From the NCBI GenBank assembly GCA_043228905.1, contig JBHGNT010001257.1:1-10596 (forward strand): a DNA stretch of 10,596 nucleotides, written 5' to 3'. The notes beneath the pieces are model-generated. The model saw only the letters and a program-made list of their open reading frames with translations, was not told where the DNA came from and searched no databases. This DNA comes from Azolla caroliniana (Eukaryota; Plantae; Polypodiophyta). Shown one piece after another: positions 1-8,849 of this stretch. The stretch's first letter is position 1; the number at the start of each line of letters is the position of its first letter. The position numbers and the translations under genes are program-made.

Positions 1-240
1 CCTACGAATCCCCATATATACGCAAATAAAGAACCTCTAAAATGACAAAACAATAAGCCATAGCTCAAATGATAAGATCTTGTCACCGGAACAATAAGGT
101 TAAGAGTTCAAAGCCCCGTAAAGATAACGGAGAGAAAAATCAGCCATAATGCATAAGCAACAACAATGAAGATCAAAATATTGTGAACAAACATTGTAAA
201 AGTATGCCTCATGGGTGATGAAGAATCTATTTTACATGTG

Positions 241-413
241 TGGTCTCCTATTTGTGCCTCTAATGCTTAATCCCATTTTCGTATTCTATATACTCCAACC
301 ACGTGCTAGAATAATCGACACCTCAATGGTCTCTTATATGTGCCTCTAATGCTTAATCCTATGTTGGTCTTGTATATACTCTTGCCGCGTGTTAAGAGTA
401 ACCGACACCTCAA
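241..413. repeat. Two-copy diverged tandem duplication, ~86-87 bp unit
   Basis: TGGTCTCCTATTTGTGCCTCTAATGCTTAATCC...CGACACCTCAA (241-326) is followed by TGGTCTCTTATATGTGCCTCTAATGCTTAATCC...CGACACCTCAA (327-413). Confidence 0.9.
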
Positions 414-1084
414 TGTTCATACATGTCAATGACATTTTCTCTACACTTGCCTGCAATGCTTTAAAGCATTCCTAGTTTACTGCCATGACTATTTCTCATT
501 TTTATTATACCAAGGATGCCTAATATGGTAATGTACCACAATCTTTCCTTGGACATGGGTACCAAGTTGAAAAAGGGAAATCTAGTTTGATTTCACAACA
601 AATTTTCATTGGTACTTAGTAGAGGTGTCTAATAATTGTTACTCTATCACAAGATGTCTAAAATAACAATCTCCTATTCAATATGCAACTTGTTTGTCAA
701 TTGTCATGTTCATCATCTTTAACAACCCTTTGCTTTCTTTATTTTTACCATCCTTGTCTAACAAACTTAGGGACAGACACATGCAAATCATTAGCCACTC
801 GTGGTTTGGAATTCTAGTGGAAATAGCTAAGTGAGACCTTTATCCATACCATCAACATGTTATTTTCATACATTGAGTAGAATCTGAATACACCCAAACA
901 ATAAGAGATGCCATCTCGTAACCAATAGGGATGGCTCGTTTATGGGAATGTGTTGTGCATTGCATGCAATTAAGTGAAGGGGCAACTTGAACAAGGGCTC
1001 ATTACTAAGGACAAATGGACGGACGGACAAGCTACTACTAATAACAAGTGACAAAATAAAACAAGGAGAATAAAAAATGAAATC

Positions 1085-1320
1085 TTTGTTTTTGATATTT
1101 TGCTTATTTATTTGTTCCTTGGATGTAATTCTGTGTTATTTATTTATTTTGTTTGTAAATTAACTTCAATTTGAATGTTTTGTTTTTAGTTGTTCCTTGA
1201 TGTTGTATAATTCTTTTATTTTTATCATGAGTTCGTTAACTAATATAATTTTCTCTTTGCTCCTTTATTTTATGTATAATTCTTGGGGTTTTTTCATTTT
1301 CTTTGTTTTTGTATGAACGA
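1085..1320. repeat. T-rich degenerate tandem repeat, about three ~70-80 bp units
   Basis: The core TTG(T/C)TCCTT...TGTA(TA)ATTCT recurs near 1112, 1190 and 1257. Confidence 0.55.
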
Positions 1321-1957
1321 CTAATTGTACAACATAAAGTGAATGTATGTATGTATCGGATGGAGTTCCTTTTTTGGTATTTTACATAAAATCGAAATTT
1401 AATAAATTATAGACACAAGTACCTCGGACAATGGACACGTGTCCAATGTTATTTTCTTTTAATTCCTTAATTTTCATTAGTCCAACGACGGAGAGAACTA
1501 TTTACTCAAGTATTGGAGTCTCCTTTGCTCACATGAAACAATAGGGACTGGTAGAAAGAACATAAGAACTTCGAAGAAACTCCACATGTTTCAATCAAAT
1601 TTCAATTCCCTATTACAAATGTGTTTCCGTTTGTATGGTTGAAATAGTCGAATCAACAACATGAGTGAACAAAGATGTCCTTACAATCCCGAACTCTTAA
1701 AAAGGTCGCGGATGAGGCGAAAGGCACAATCTCTGAGAGCCGGAAGCAAGCAAGGATGGGTCGGAGTTTGAGGCCATAATGGCATATGTCGCATGTTACT
1801 TATACGGGAGAACCAGGCTAAAAAGGAGGTGCAGAGCGACTACGAATTGGGTTGATCTGCACACGTCAATGACACCAACATGACTCATGAGACAAAAACC
1901 AAGAGACAAGTTTTTTATGAGATAATAAGTCGAGAGGGCATGATACGTCGACATGAA

Positions 1958-1992
1958 GTGCGTGCGTGCGTGCGTGTGTGCGTGCGTGTGTG
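1958..1992. repeat. (GTGC)n/(GT)n microsatellite, uninterrupted purine-pyrimidine alternation
   Basis: GTGCGTGCGTGCGTGCGTGTGTGCGTGCGTGTGTG read directly (35 nt). Confidence 0.95.
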
Positions 1993-2134
1993 AACAGGAA
2001 CCGAGAGAGGGGGTGCATGGTCATGGATGTAGAGCCGGACAGGTGTGAAACCAAACGAAATATCAAAGGATGCCAGAAGAAACCAAAAAGAACAAAAATG
2101 TCATGGGCACCATGAAAAAAAACACAAAAAAATG

Positions 2135-2290
2135 AACGGTTTAGTTAGTTGGAATGAAAACCTTTTGCTTTCTCTCTTGTTATCCTATCTCTGTCTCTGT
2201 CTCTCTCTTTGTGGACCATCTCTGTACATAGAGACAATCTCTGTGGTCCATATCTCTGTGGACCATCTCCATCTCAGATCCATTTTTGTG
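2135..2290 (+). promoter_or_regulatory. Putative proximal promoter/5' UTR of CFAP53: AACGGTT MYB (DUO1-type) site, CT-rich Y-patch, triple GTGGWCCA motif
   Basis: AACGGTT at 2135-2141, pyrimidine-rich tract at ~2161-2210, and three GTGG(A/T)CCA copies at ~2211-2265, all within 180 nt of the ATG. Function is inferred only. Confidence 0.35.
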
Positions 2291-2313
2291 AGAACCTTGA
2301 ATTTTGCTCCACC

Positions 2314-3466
2314 ATGCAGATGCATCACAAGTTCAAGCCCCCATCCAACCAAGACCGGCTCCTGAAGCAGCGGGTATACGAGGACGAGATCCGGGACCGG
2401 CTCGCCAACATCCACAACTATGACCACCTCATGCGGTGCGCGGAGTTCGAGATCTCCAACGAGCCCAAGATGTCGTACCGCACGCTCTCCGAGAAGCTCA
2501 GGGCCATCCGCGAGAGGCGGGACACGGACGTCCTTGGGAGGCGGGCCAAGCTCTCAGAGCTCCTTGGCCACGAGGAGGCGCGATTCGAGGAGGAGATGAA
2601 ACGGGGCAGCCGCGTGAGCTTGTCCGGGCGCCGGGATTGGCTCGAGTCCGAGGCCCGTAGGATGAAGGCTGAGAGGCTGGGCCGCGAGCGGGAGGTCGCG
2701 GACACGCAGCTCGAGAGGGCCTTCCGGGACAGTTCCGATGATGTCAGGGTCCACTGCTCAAAGCAGGCCGTGCTCCGGGCTGAGGCCGAGAGGCAACGGC
2801 AGCGCGCGAGCAACCTCCAGAGGAAGGCCCGGCACGAGGAAGAGGAGAAGGGCCTCTACAAGAAGATGGAGATGGAATGGGAGAGGCAAGATGAGGTGGC
2901 CCGAGAGGAGTTGGGGCGGCAAAATGCCCGGAAACAAGAGGCAATCGACATCCTTTGTGATCAAGTTTTCATGGTCCGGAAGCTCCGGGAAGAGGAGCGA
3001 GCCGCGGTCGAAGACGACATGATCAAGCTGAACAAGAGGTGGAAACAAGAGGAAGAGGATCTGAAGAAGAAGCAATACGAGAAGAGGTGCCTCGAGGGCA
3101 GAAAGGCGCGGGAGATGCTGCTCTACAACGAGCACAACCGGGCGAAGAAGGCAGCCGTGGTCCAAGAAGAGAAGAGATACGATGCCCACATGATTGCAAT
3201 GGTGTCGGAGAGAGAGGCTGAAGAAGAAAGGCAAGAGAGCATGCTCCGGGAGGCCCAGCGGAGAGAGGCGAAAGCTTATGCAGATCAGCTCAGGGCTGTG
3301 GTAGAGCAGCAGAAATGCGAGGATGATGAGCTCGAGGCGATCATCAAAGCCGAAGTTGAGGACTCGTGGCGGAAGCAAGACGAACAAACCAAGAAACAAG
3401 ATGACTCTAGGAAAGCACTCCTTGATCAAGTTCATCAAGGACGCCAAGATCAAATCCAATTCAAGG
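2314..3466 (+). CDS. CFAP53: CFAP53 exon 1 (MQMHHKFKPP...QDQIQFK, ends in phase 1)
   Basis: Lies within ORF 2209..3483 with strong GC3 codon bias. Donor AAGG|GTACAC at 3467, after which composition becomes AT-rich and an in-frame stop follows at 3481. Confidence 0.9.
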
Positions 3467-4256
3467 GTACACTTGCTTGTTAAGAAGCATAATATTTCAT
3501 TCATGGGTGTTAATCTTAATTAGTTTATTAGTCGGGTCTTAAGGTCAGATGCATACAAAATAAAAAAAGACACCCTTCTTGCTTTGTCTCTTGATAGAGT
3601 TCTTGCTGAAGGACCAAGAAGAGCAGAAAAGGGCTGAATTTGAAAAGGATCAAGCTGATGCCATATTGGCAAAGCTAGAGGATGAGAGAAAAGTCGAACA
3701 AGCGAGACTGGTAAGCACTTTGCGTACACGGATCTTCCTTGTCGTATTAATTGTGACGGTTGAAGAGATGTTTTTTTTAGCGATGAAAAAAGCATCGCTT
3801 CGATTGCTAGGATTTGATGTTTCATTGGCCGATTCTTGACACATTTAGCTTATCTTCTGCATTCCCCCATTGATCAGTCTAAACAAGAAGTTAAGGATTA
3901 TTTACAAGCACAAGTGAGGCACAAAAAGGCAGAAGAGCATGTCATCCAGCAGAACAAAAGAGCCGACTTTGAAGGTTCGATACTTAAAATCTTTCATTAT
4001 CAATTTTGAATTTTGAGTGTTAAGCTTATTTAAGCATCAGGAGCTGGTGGGTTTCAAACAATTAGGAGCTCTCATTATGTTGGTTTATAACATACTAAGT
4101 GTTGCTTCTTGGTTTCATTTGTTTCCCCCTTGAATGCCTACCTTAGATGCAAAAGTGGCAGAAAGTAAATATGAAGCTAGAGTGAATAAAACATTAACAG
4201 ATTTGCCTCATCGGGAGCCCTACTATGGAAGAAAAGCAGTAAGATGGTATGAATAA
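2314..4256 (+). CDS. CFAP53: Cilia- and flagella-associated protein 53 (CFAP53/CCDC11/FAP53)-like coiled-coil protein, spliced CDS join(2314..3466,3598..3710,3878..3974,4147..4256), 490 aa
   Basis: Seen: ATG at 2314 in CCACCATG context, and exons of 1153+113+97+110 = 1473 nt that join in frame to TAA at 4254-4256. The protein is E/R/K/Q-rich coiled coil. Motifs recalled for the CFAP53 (trichohyalin-plectin-homology) family: RRAKLSELLGHEEARFEEE, QLERAFRDSSDDVR, SWRKQDEQ...RKALLDQVHQGRQDQIQFK and C-terminal YYGRKAVRWYE. Assignment is by motif recognition, not a database search. Confidence 0.85.
3598..3710 (+). CDS. CFAP53: CFAP53 exon 2 (EFLLKDQEEQKRAEFEKDQADAILAKLEDERKVEQARL)
   Basis: Polypyrimidine tract CCCTTCTTGCTTTGTCTCTTGATAG| acceptor. 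The split codon G|AG = Glu keeps frame. Strong donor CTG|GTAAGC at 3711 (phase 0). Confidence 0.88.
3878..3974 (+). CDS. CFAP53: CFAP53 exon 3 (SKQEVKDYLQAQVRHKKAEEHVIQQNKRADFE)
   Basis: Acceptor TTCTGCATTCCCCCATTGATCAG| at 3877, open coiled-coil-like frame, and donor GAAG|GTTCGA at 3975 (phase 1). Confidence 0.82.
4147..4256 (+). CDS. CFAP53: CFAP53 exon 4 (DAKVAESKYEARVNKTLTDLPHREPYYGRKAVRWYE*)
   Basis: Acceptor TGCCTACCTTAG| at 4146, split codon G|AT = Asp. Ends with a YGRKxVxW-type terminus as recalled for green-lineage FAP53. The stop TAA overlaps AATAAA (4252-4257). Confidence 0.85.
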
Positions 4257-5868
4257 AGTCTATTCAGCACAAAATTTTGAGACTCGAGAGATGTCACATA
4301 GTTTTGCTCGTGAGAAATATGACCTAACAAGGTTGTTTCCATTATGACAATCAAATTATTGAAATTGTAGATAACTTTGTCTTCAATATGATTGATTCAC
4401 TTCTTAGCACTATGTCCAGTGAATCCAAATTTTGTTTAGCCATATACACATGAAAAAGGTTTTATAGAAGTAATATTGATAGAGGCCTGTTGCATACCCC
4501 ATTGTCACTCTAAATCATAAATGCTACAAGTGAAATTCTCAAATATATAACAATTCTTTCATGCATTAAAAATGATGGTGCATGAGAGAGGTTGCCATTA
4601 AATTTAGCTTCAGAAAACAAGCTAGCAAGGATATCTCACACCATATCATTTTAATTTAATCATACAATTTTTTCAGAGCACAAACAATCTGTAATCGGAA
4701 GTAACACAATGCCTGATTGTAGAAAAACAAACAAATACAATTAATTGATCATTCTCAATGAAACACAGACAATAACCCTGTTCCACTAGAGAAACGCAAG
4801 CAAGTATCACTAATTGATCATGTAGTCTAAAAAATCATGACATTGTAGTTGTAAGCCACAAATCAAATGACTCACAATTGTAATTGAAATCATGCATAAA
4901 TCAAATAAGACAAGATTGATTATGGATACAACATACAATTCTCATTTATTATTATGATACAGCTCAAAACCAAGAACCCCAAAGGCAAATAATGTAAAAA
5001 AAAAAGCAAAATCCAATTTTAAATTTATATACATTCTTTACAATTGTGTATTGTAGTAATTTTTTCATGGGTTCCCAGCATTGCTTGAAGGACCACCAAT
5101 GTCGGCAACAACAACTATCACTGAAACCCTTTTTTGGAAAAAATATAAAAAAATTCACTAAAAACCCCAAAAGACAGAAATTTCCTCCAAGTAGAATTCA
5201 CACTTATTCATAATGTCCATGTGCAATGCTAATATCATTCTACAAAACCATGTCTCGAGTTCAAGGGCCAATATACACATTATTTTGCTTCATCGAGTAA
5301 ATCAAATTTGTCTGCATTAGGCTTCGCAACCTCAGTACCGAGGACTTGAACCTTGATTATGCTTCCAAGATCTCCTAGATTTCAAGTAAATGTGGTGGCA
5401 TCATCCTCCCTTTCATCCTTATACGATTCCCTTATTCATGTTTTTCAATTTTCCCCTCAAGTTCCAAATCGTTTTTACAAACCAAGGCATGTAACAATCT
5501 GTTATGCATCATGTACCCATCCATAGTACCTCTCCATGCCTTCAAGGCACAAAACAATGTCTTTTCTCCAAAGAAATACCTTCATCAGTTTATATGCTCA
5601 ACATAATGTAAGTATTTCTCCCCATGAAAATGCAAGTTTAGACTATAAAAGTTTGAGAATCCTTTGGATTCTTAATTTGAATATGGACAAAAAACAGCTA
5701 AGTTCTCAAGAAAAACTAATGAAACTTAAAACTTCGATCAATGTCACCTTCAAGAAAAGTTTTAAACCTATATTTTACATGATTTCAAGATTGAAATTCG
5801 ATTCAGAATATCTAGATCATATGCTTATAAGGGCAACTCCATTAACGAGATCCTTTTCTAGGATGAGT

Positions 5869-6574
5869 TATATGTTTGAGAATCAATGAAACCGAAGTGA
5901 TACTCAAAGAAGGGAAATGTCATTGATTTTATTCAATGTTTTGGTGGTCTGAGTGTTGCTATATGGTGCAGGTGTGTTGGGTGGCACTATCTCACTTAGT
6001 GCATTGAATGGAATAAAGATTATTCAAAAGTTGTTCCCATGTAGAATATATTATACTATTAGAAATGAGTGCACAGCCCATAGAGGCGCAAGCAATGCAA
6101 AGATTATATCACAATGGACAAGAATATGCGCAGTCACAAATGGCCAAAACAGGTGTGGAACCTAGGATGCAAGGTACAAAAGCTAATAAGAGCAAAATCC
6201 TCTCATTTGGCTGGGTGCTTGACATTATGAAATGGTCTAAAAGTTGGGGTGTAACAGATATATTAGAGCTCTCATAAGATGCTATGAAGTATTTGATGAT
6301 AATAGGTGCACCAAGGATGAGGTGGCAAGAAACATTATAAATGTTAACCCTCAATGTTGGAATGTTGGGCCCAATACAAGGTAAAAATGCCAAAACTTAC
6401 TTCTTGCATGCTCAGCAAATAAGCTAATTCGTGAGAAGTGTGATGATTTGTTAGACGTGCATAATAATTTAAGCATCATACTCAAAACGGCACCACGAAG
6501 GGTGAGCACATATGTGTGTGCATTATTTTTCACATAGAGGGTTTTTACTACAAAGTAGTAACCCCCATTCTTAA
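5869..6574 (+). mobile_element. Decayed 5'-truncated non-LTR retrotransposon (LINE, RTE-X/L1-like), C-terminal ORF2 region downstream of the RT domain
   Basis: Stitching frames gives YMFENQ*NRSDTQRREMSLILFNVLVV*VLLYGAGVLGG..IIQKLF / LEMSAQPIEAQAMQRLY / KNMRSHKWPKQVWNLGCKVQK / NKSKILSFGWVLDIMKWSKSWG / NPQCW / LLACSANKLIREK...VSTYVCALF/SHRGFLLQSSNPHS*. This follows the typical LINE post-RT pattern (LF..V..L.YG.EVWG...IQ..F; LE....PI; RLP...W; HFLL.C..Y..IR). Multiple stops, frameshifts and deletions are present. Confidence 0.8.
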
Positions 6575-6936
6575 GGAGTCACATACAAGATGATATGTTG
6601 ATTTGGCAATGATCTTACACACATTCGCATTGACTCATCAAAAAGTTGTCTTCACCCTATCAGGAGGGCAGGTTGAAGTAGTAGATTCCTATGTATATCT
6701 AGGAGTCACATTTACAAGCATGAGTGGGTGCTTCTCAGTGTCTAAAGCCACTAAAAATTGACTAACTCAAGGATATGCAGTTTTAGCATGCTAGAATGGC
6801 AAGTAGAAGCAGTATTCCAAAAATCAACCTCATCAACTAGTTTGAACCATGCTATTTTAAAGAATCACATGTAAGGCGTTTGAAGCATCAGAGCAAATGG
6901 AAACAACAAAACACACAGAAGGATCATGGTACTCAC

Positions 6937-7800
6937 AGCTGATGGAGTCTACATGGACTCCACACCATTCTAAAAACAATGGAGAAGGCTGGCCCACGAC
7001 AATTTGGCCAAGTCCCGTTCGAGCTTCAAAAGCATCGGGAAGCAAACCCTTAGATGCACGCAGGATGCAATGACAATCGCAACTTGTTTAGCTTCATGAT
7101 AACCTCGTTTCCATGCACCAATCAACATCAGGTACAAAATCCGGTCACCACTATTCGCATACATATTAGTTATGCACTTCATGCTTGTAAATTATCTCAA
7201 ACAAACCATTCCACCACATGCATTGAGATCATGAGCATGGAGATTCAAGAAAAATTGAGAGTTTATTTTTATTTCAGTATGGATGACATGAATTCACCCA
7301 TATTTGACTTGTCTCATACATCAATCATGGCGTCTAATTAATAATTAAACTAAAGAGACTAATTTTTGGAAATCTAGGAGAAATTTATTTTGATACGGAA
7401 TTATATATAAAGAAAATAGTGGATTAAGGGTAGTTCATAGTCGGCGATAGTCCATCTACCTTGTGCATTGCTCAACCCCTCTTTCATGAACAAATGGAAA
7501 AAGTGATGGCAGACATGACACTTACGGGATAATAAAATGGAGAGAAACATTTCCACGTAGTATTTGGTAAGTATCACTCGATCTTCATGAATTTCATTAA
7601 TGATCATTGAGAGTGCACAGAACTGTAGTACATTGGGTTTCACAGACATGTGGATGGTCAACACTCGACATATCGAATCAACGGTAGCTTAATTTCTTAA
7701 CTGATGAGAAAAACTTTCAGCTTCAAGCGTGAATAAAAAGCGAAGTAAAGATGTAACCATGATTCATCACCCAAAGCCCTCAATATAGAAACAGCGTATT
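6937..7800 (-). pseudogene. Possible decayed multi-exon gene remnant, tentatively HEAT-repeat/importin-5-like
   Basis: Minus-strand ORFs 7401..7664 and 6970..7182 read as helical protein. Minus-strand donors GTAAGT (7525-7520) and GTGAGT (6936-6931) are present. Short motifs SMKCIT, EAKQV and SWASLLHCF resemble importin-5 motifs from memory. In-frame stops are present. Confidence 0.2.
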
Positions 7801-7819
7801 GACAATCTTTTACATATAA

Positions 7820-8200
7820 TTAACTTATACATTACATATATTCATTGATACATAAATACATGCATACATTCATTCATTCATACATTGAATATATGCTGTC
7901 ATACACATATACACACAACACATTACATACATTCATTCATTTATATATACAATCCTAAATTACATACATACGTTCATTTAACCCTAACCTGCATATATAC
8001 ATACATCCACACATACATTCATTTTACCCTAACATGCATACATACATTCATTCATTCATTATATACATAATACATTTATGCATTACGTATACAGTCATCC
8101 AATCCTACATTATCTACATACATTCATCGATTACATGTACAAATGTCGTTCTCCACATATGCATTCATTCATACGTTATATGTATGTGTATATATATATT
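7820..8200. repeat. Low-complexity (CATA/CATT)n-rich tract containing a ~45-bp tandem duplication with ACCCTAA
   Basis: Dense TACA/TTCA repeats. ACATACGTTCATTTAACCCTAACCTGCATA (~7966) versus ACATACATTCATTTTACCCTAACATGCATA (~8011). Confidence 0.85.
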
Positions 8201-8457
8201 TGGTGGAAGAAAAAAATGTGTCCTTTGTGAGAAGTTCAGAATTGATACAGTACCTTCTTAGAGAGACCGTGGAAGAGGAAACAGGAAACGGTGGCAGCAC
8301 AAGAACCTGTGGAGAAGAAGAATAAAACGAAGTGGCTTCGCCTAAACAAAAAGGATGCCGAGAAACAGAAGGTTGTTGGAAGACCAGGGAAGGCGAGTGA
8401 AGACAGAAGCTCGCCATTGAAGCAGGAACACAAAAAGAAATGAAGGAAGAAGGGAGC

Positions 8458-8458
<1 letters not shown>

Positions 8459-8489
<31 letters not shown>

Positions 8490-8500
8490 GTATAATGTAT
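8459..8500. repeat. (TA)n microsatellite with TATG tail
   Basis: About 12 uninterrupted TA units from 8459, followed by TGTATATGTATA. Confidence 0.95.
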
Positions 8501-8501
8501 G

Positions 8502-8849
8502 CATAGTACGTAAAATTCGTGTTCGTCTAGCATAACATTTGCGAATGCGAATGTTATTCAAACATTCTTGTGTTTTTTTTTCCCCCATTTTTTTAAAGAT
8601 TTGTTTTTTGTTTTTTTTTTTTTGTTTTAGGTTTTTATTTACCTCAATAATAAATAGTAAATTCAAAAGTATGATATTTATCATTCGTTGAGGGCGTTTA
8701 TCATTACACGAATGATTAAAACATGCTCGAATGCGAATGCACGTGTGGTACGTATGGTTAATACTATGTATGTATATATATACATTATCATATGTATGTA
8801 CTATGAATCCGAGTCTTTTGTGTGAGATTTGTTGTTTGTGGGCCATATG
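8502..8849 (+). repeat. Dispersed repeat, copy A (probable non-autonomous DNA transposon internal sequence)
   Basis: Colinear with 9586-9907: GTAAAATTCG(G)TGTTCGTCTAGCATA, TTATTCAAACATTCTT, TTTTAGGTT..ATTTACCTCA(A)TAATAAATAGT, GAGGG(C/T)GTTTA, CGAATGCGAATGC, TGGTT(A/C)ATACTATGT and GGCCATATG. Confidence 0.85.

Noticed and set aside
2209-2313. 35-codon N-terminal extension of the 424-aa ORF
   Set aside because: It begins at a non-ATG codon in a CT-rich repetitive tract. The first ATG (2314) has good context and coding-like composition starts there.
3467-3483. ORF end GTLAC* as the true C-terminus
   Set aside because: Read-through into intron 1. Phase-compatible downstream exons complete the protein.
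2418-3504. Long antisense ORFs (2758..3504, 248 aa; 2418..2813, 131 aa) and alternative-frame ORFs over exon 1
   Set aside because: Shadow ORFs. The GAG/AAG/CAG-rich, GC3-high sense strand yields stop-poor L/F/P/S-rich complementary frames, with no independent gene signals.
5075-5465. Minus-strand PPT-like (CTTGAGGGGAAAA, ~5450-5462) and PBS-like (CA-TTGGTGGTCC, ~5090-5101) signals suggesting an LTR
   Set aside because: No second LTR copy, a poor tRNA match beyond TGGTGG, and no recognisable gag/pol motifs nearby. Cannot be supported without a search.
5536-5868. 117-aa ORF 5536..5889 as a gene
   Set aside because: AT-rich with no recognisable motif. Only its last residues (YMFENQ) belong to the LINE fragment.
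6943-6962. Hairpin TGGAGTCTACATGGACTCCA and other short palindromes (e.g. ATTGCATGCAAT at 959-970)
   Set aside because: Short, isolated and of a size expected occasionally by chance. No associated element boundary or RNA-gene features.
7975-8035. ACCCTAA copies as interstitial telomeric repeat
   Set aside because: Only two isolated copies, produced by a 45-bp local duplication, not a tandem (CCCTAAA)n array.
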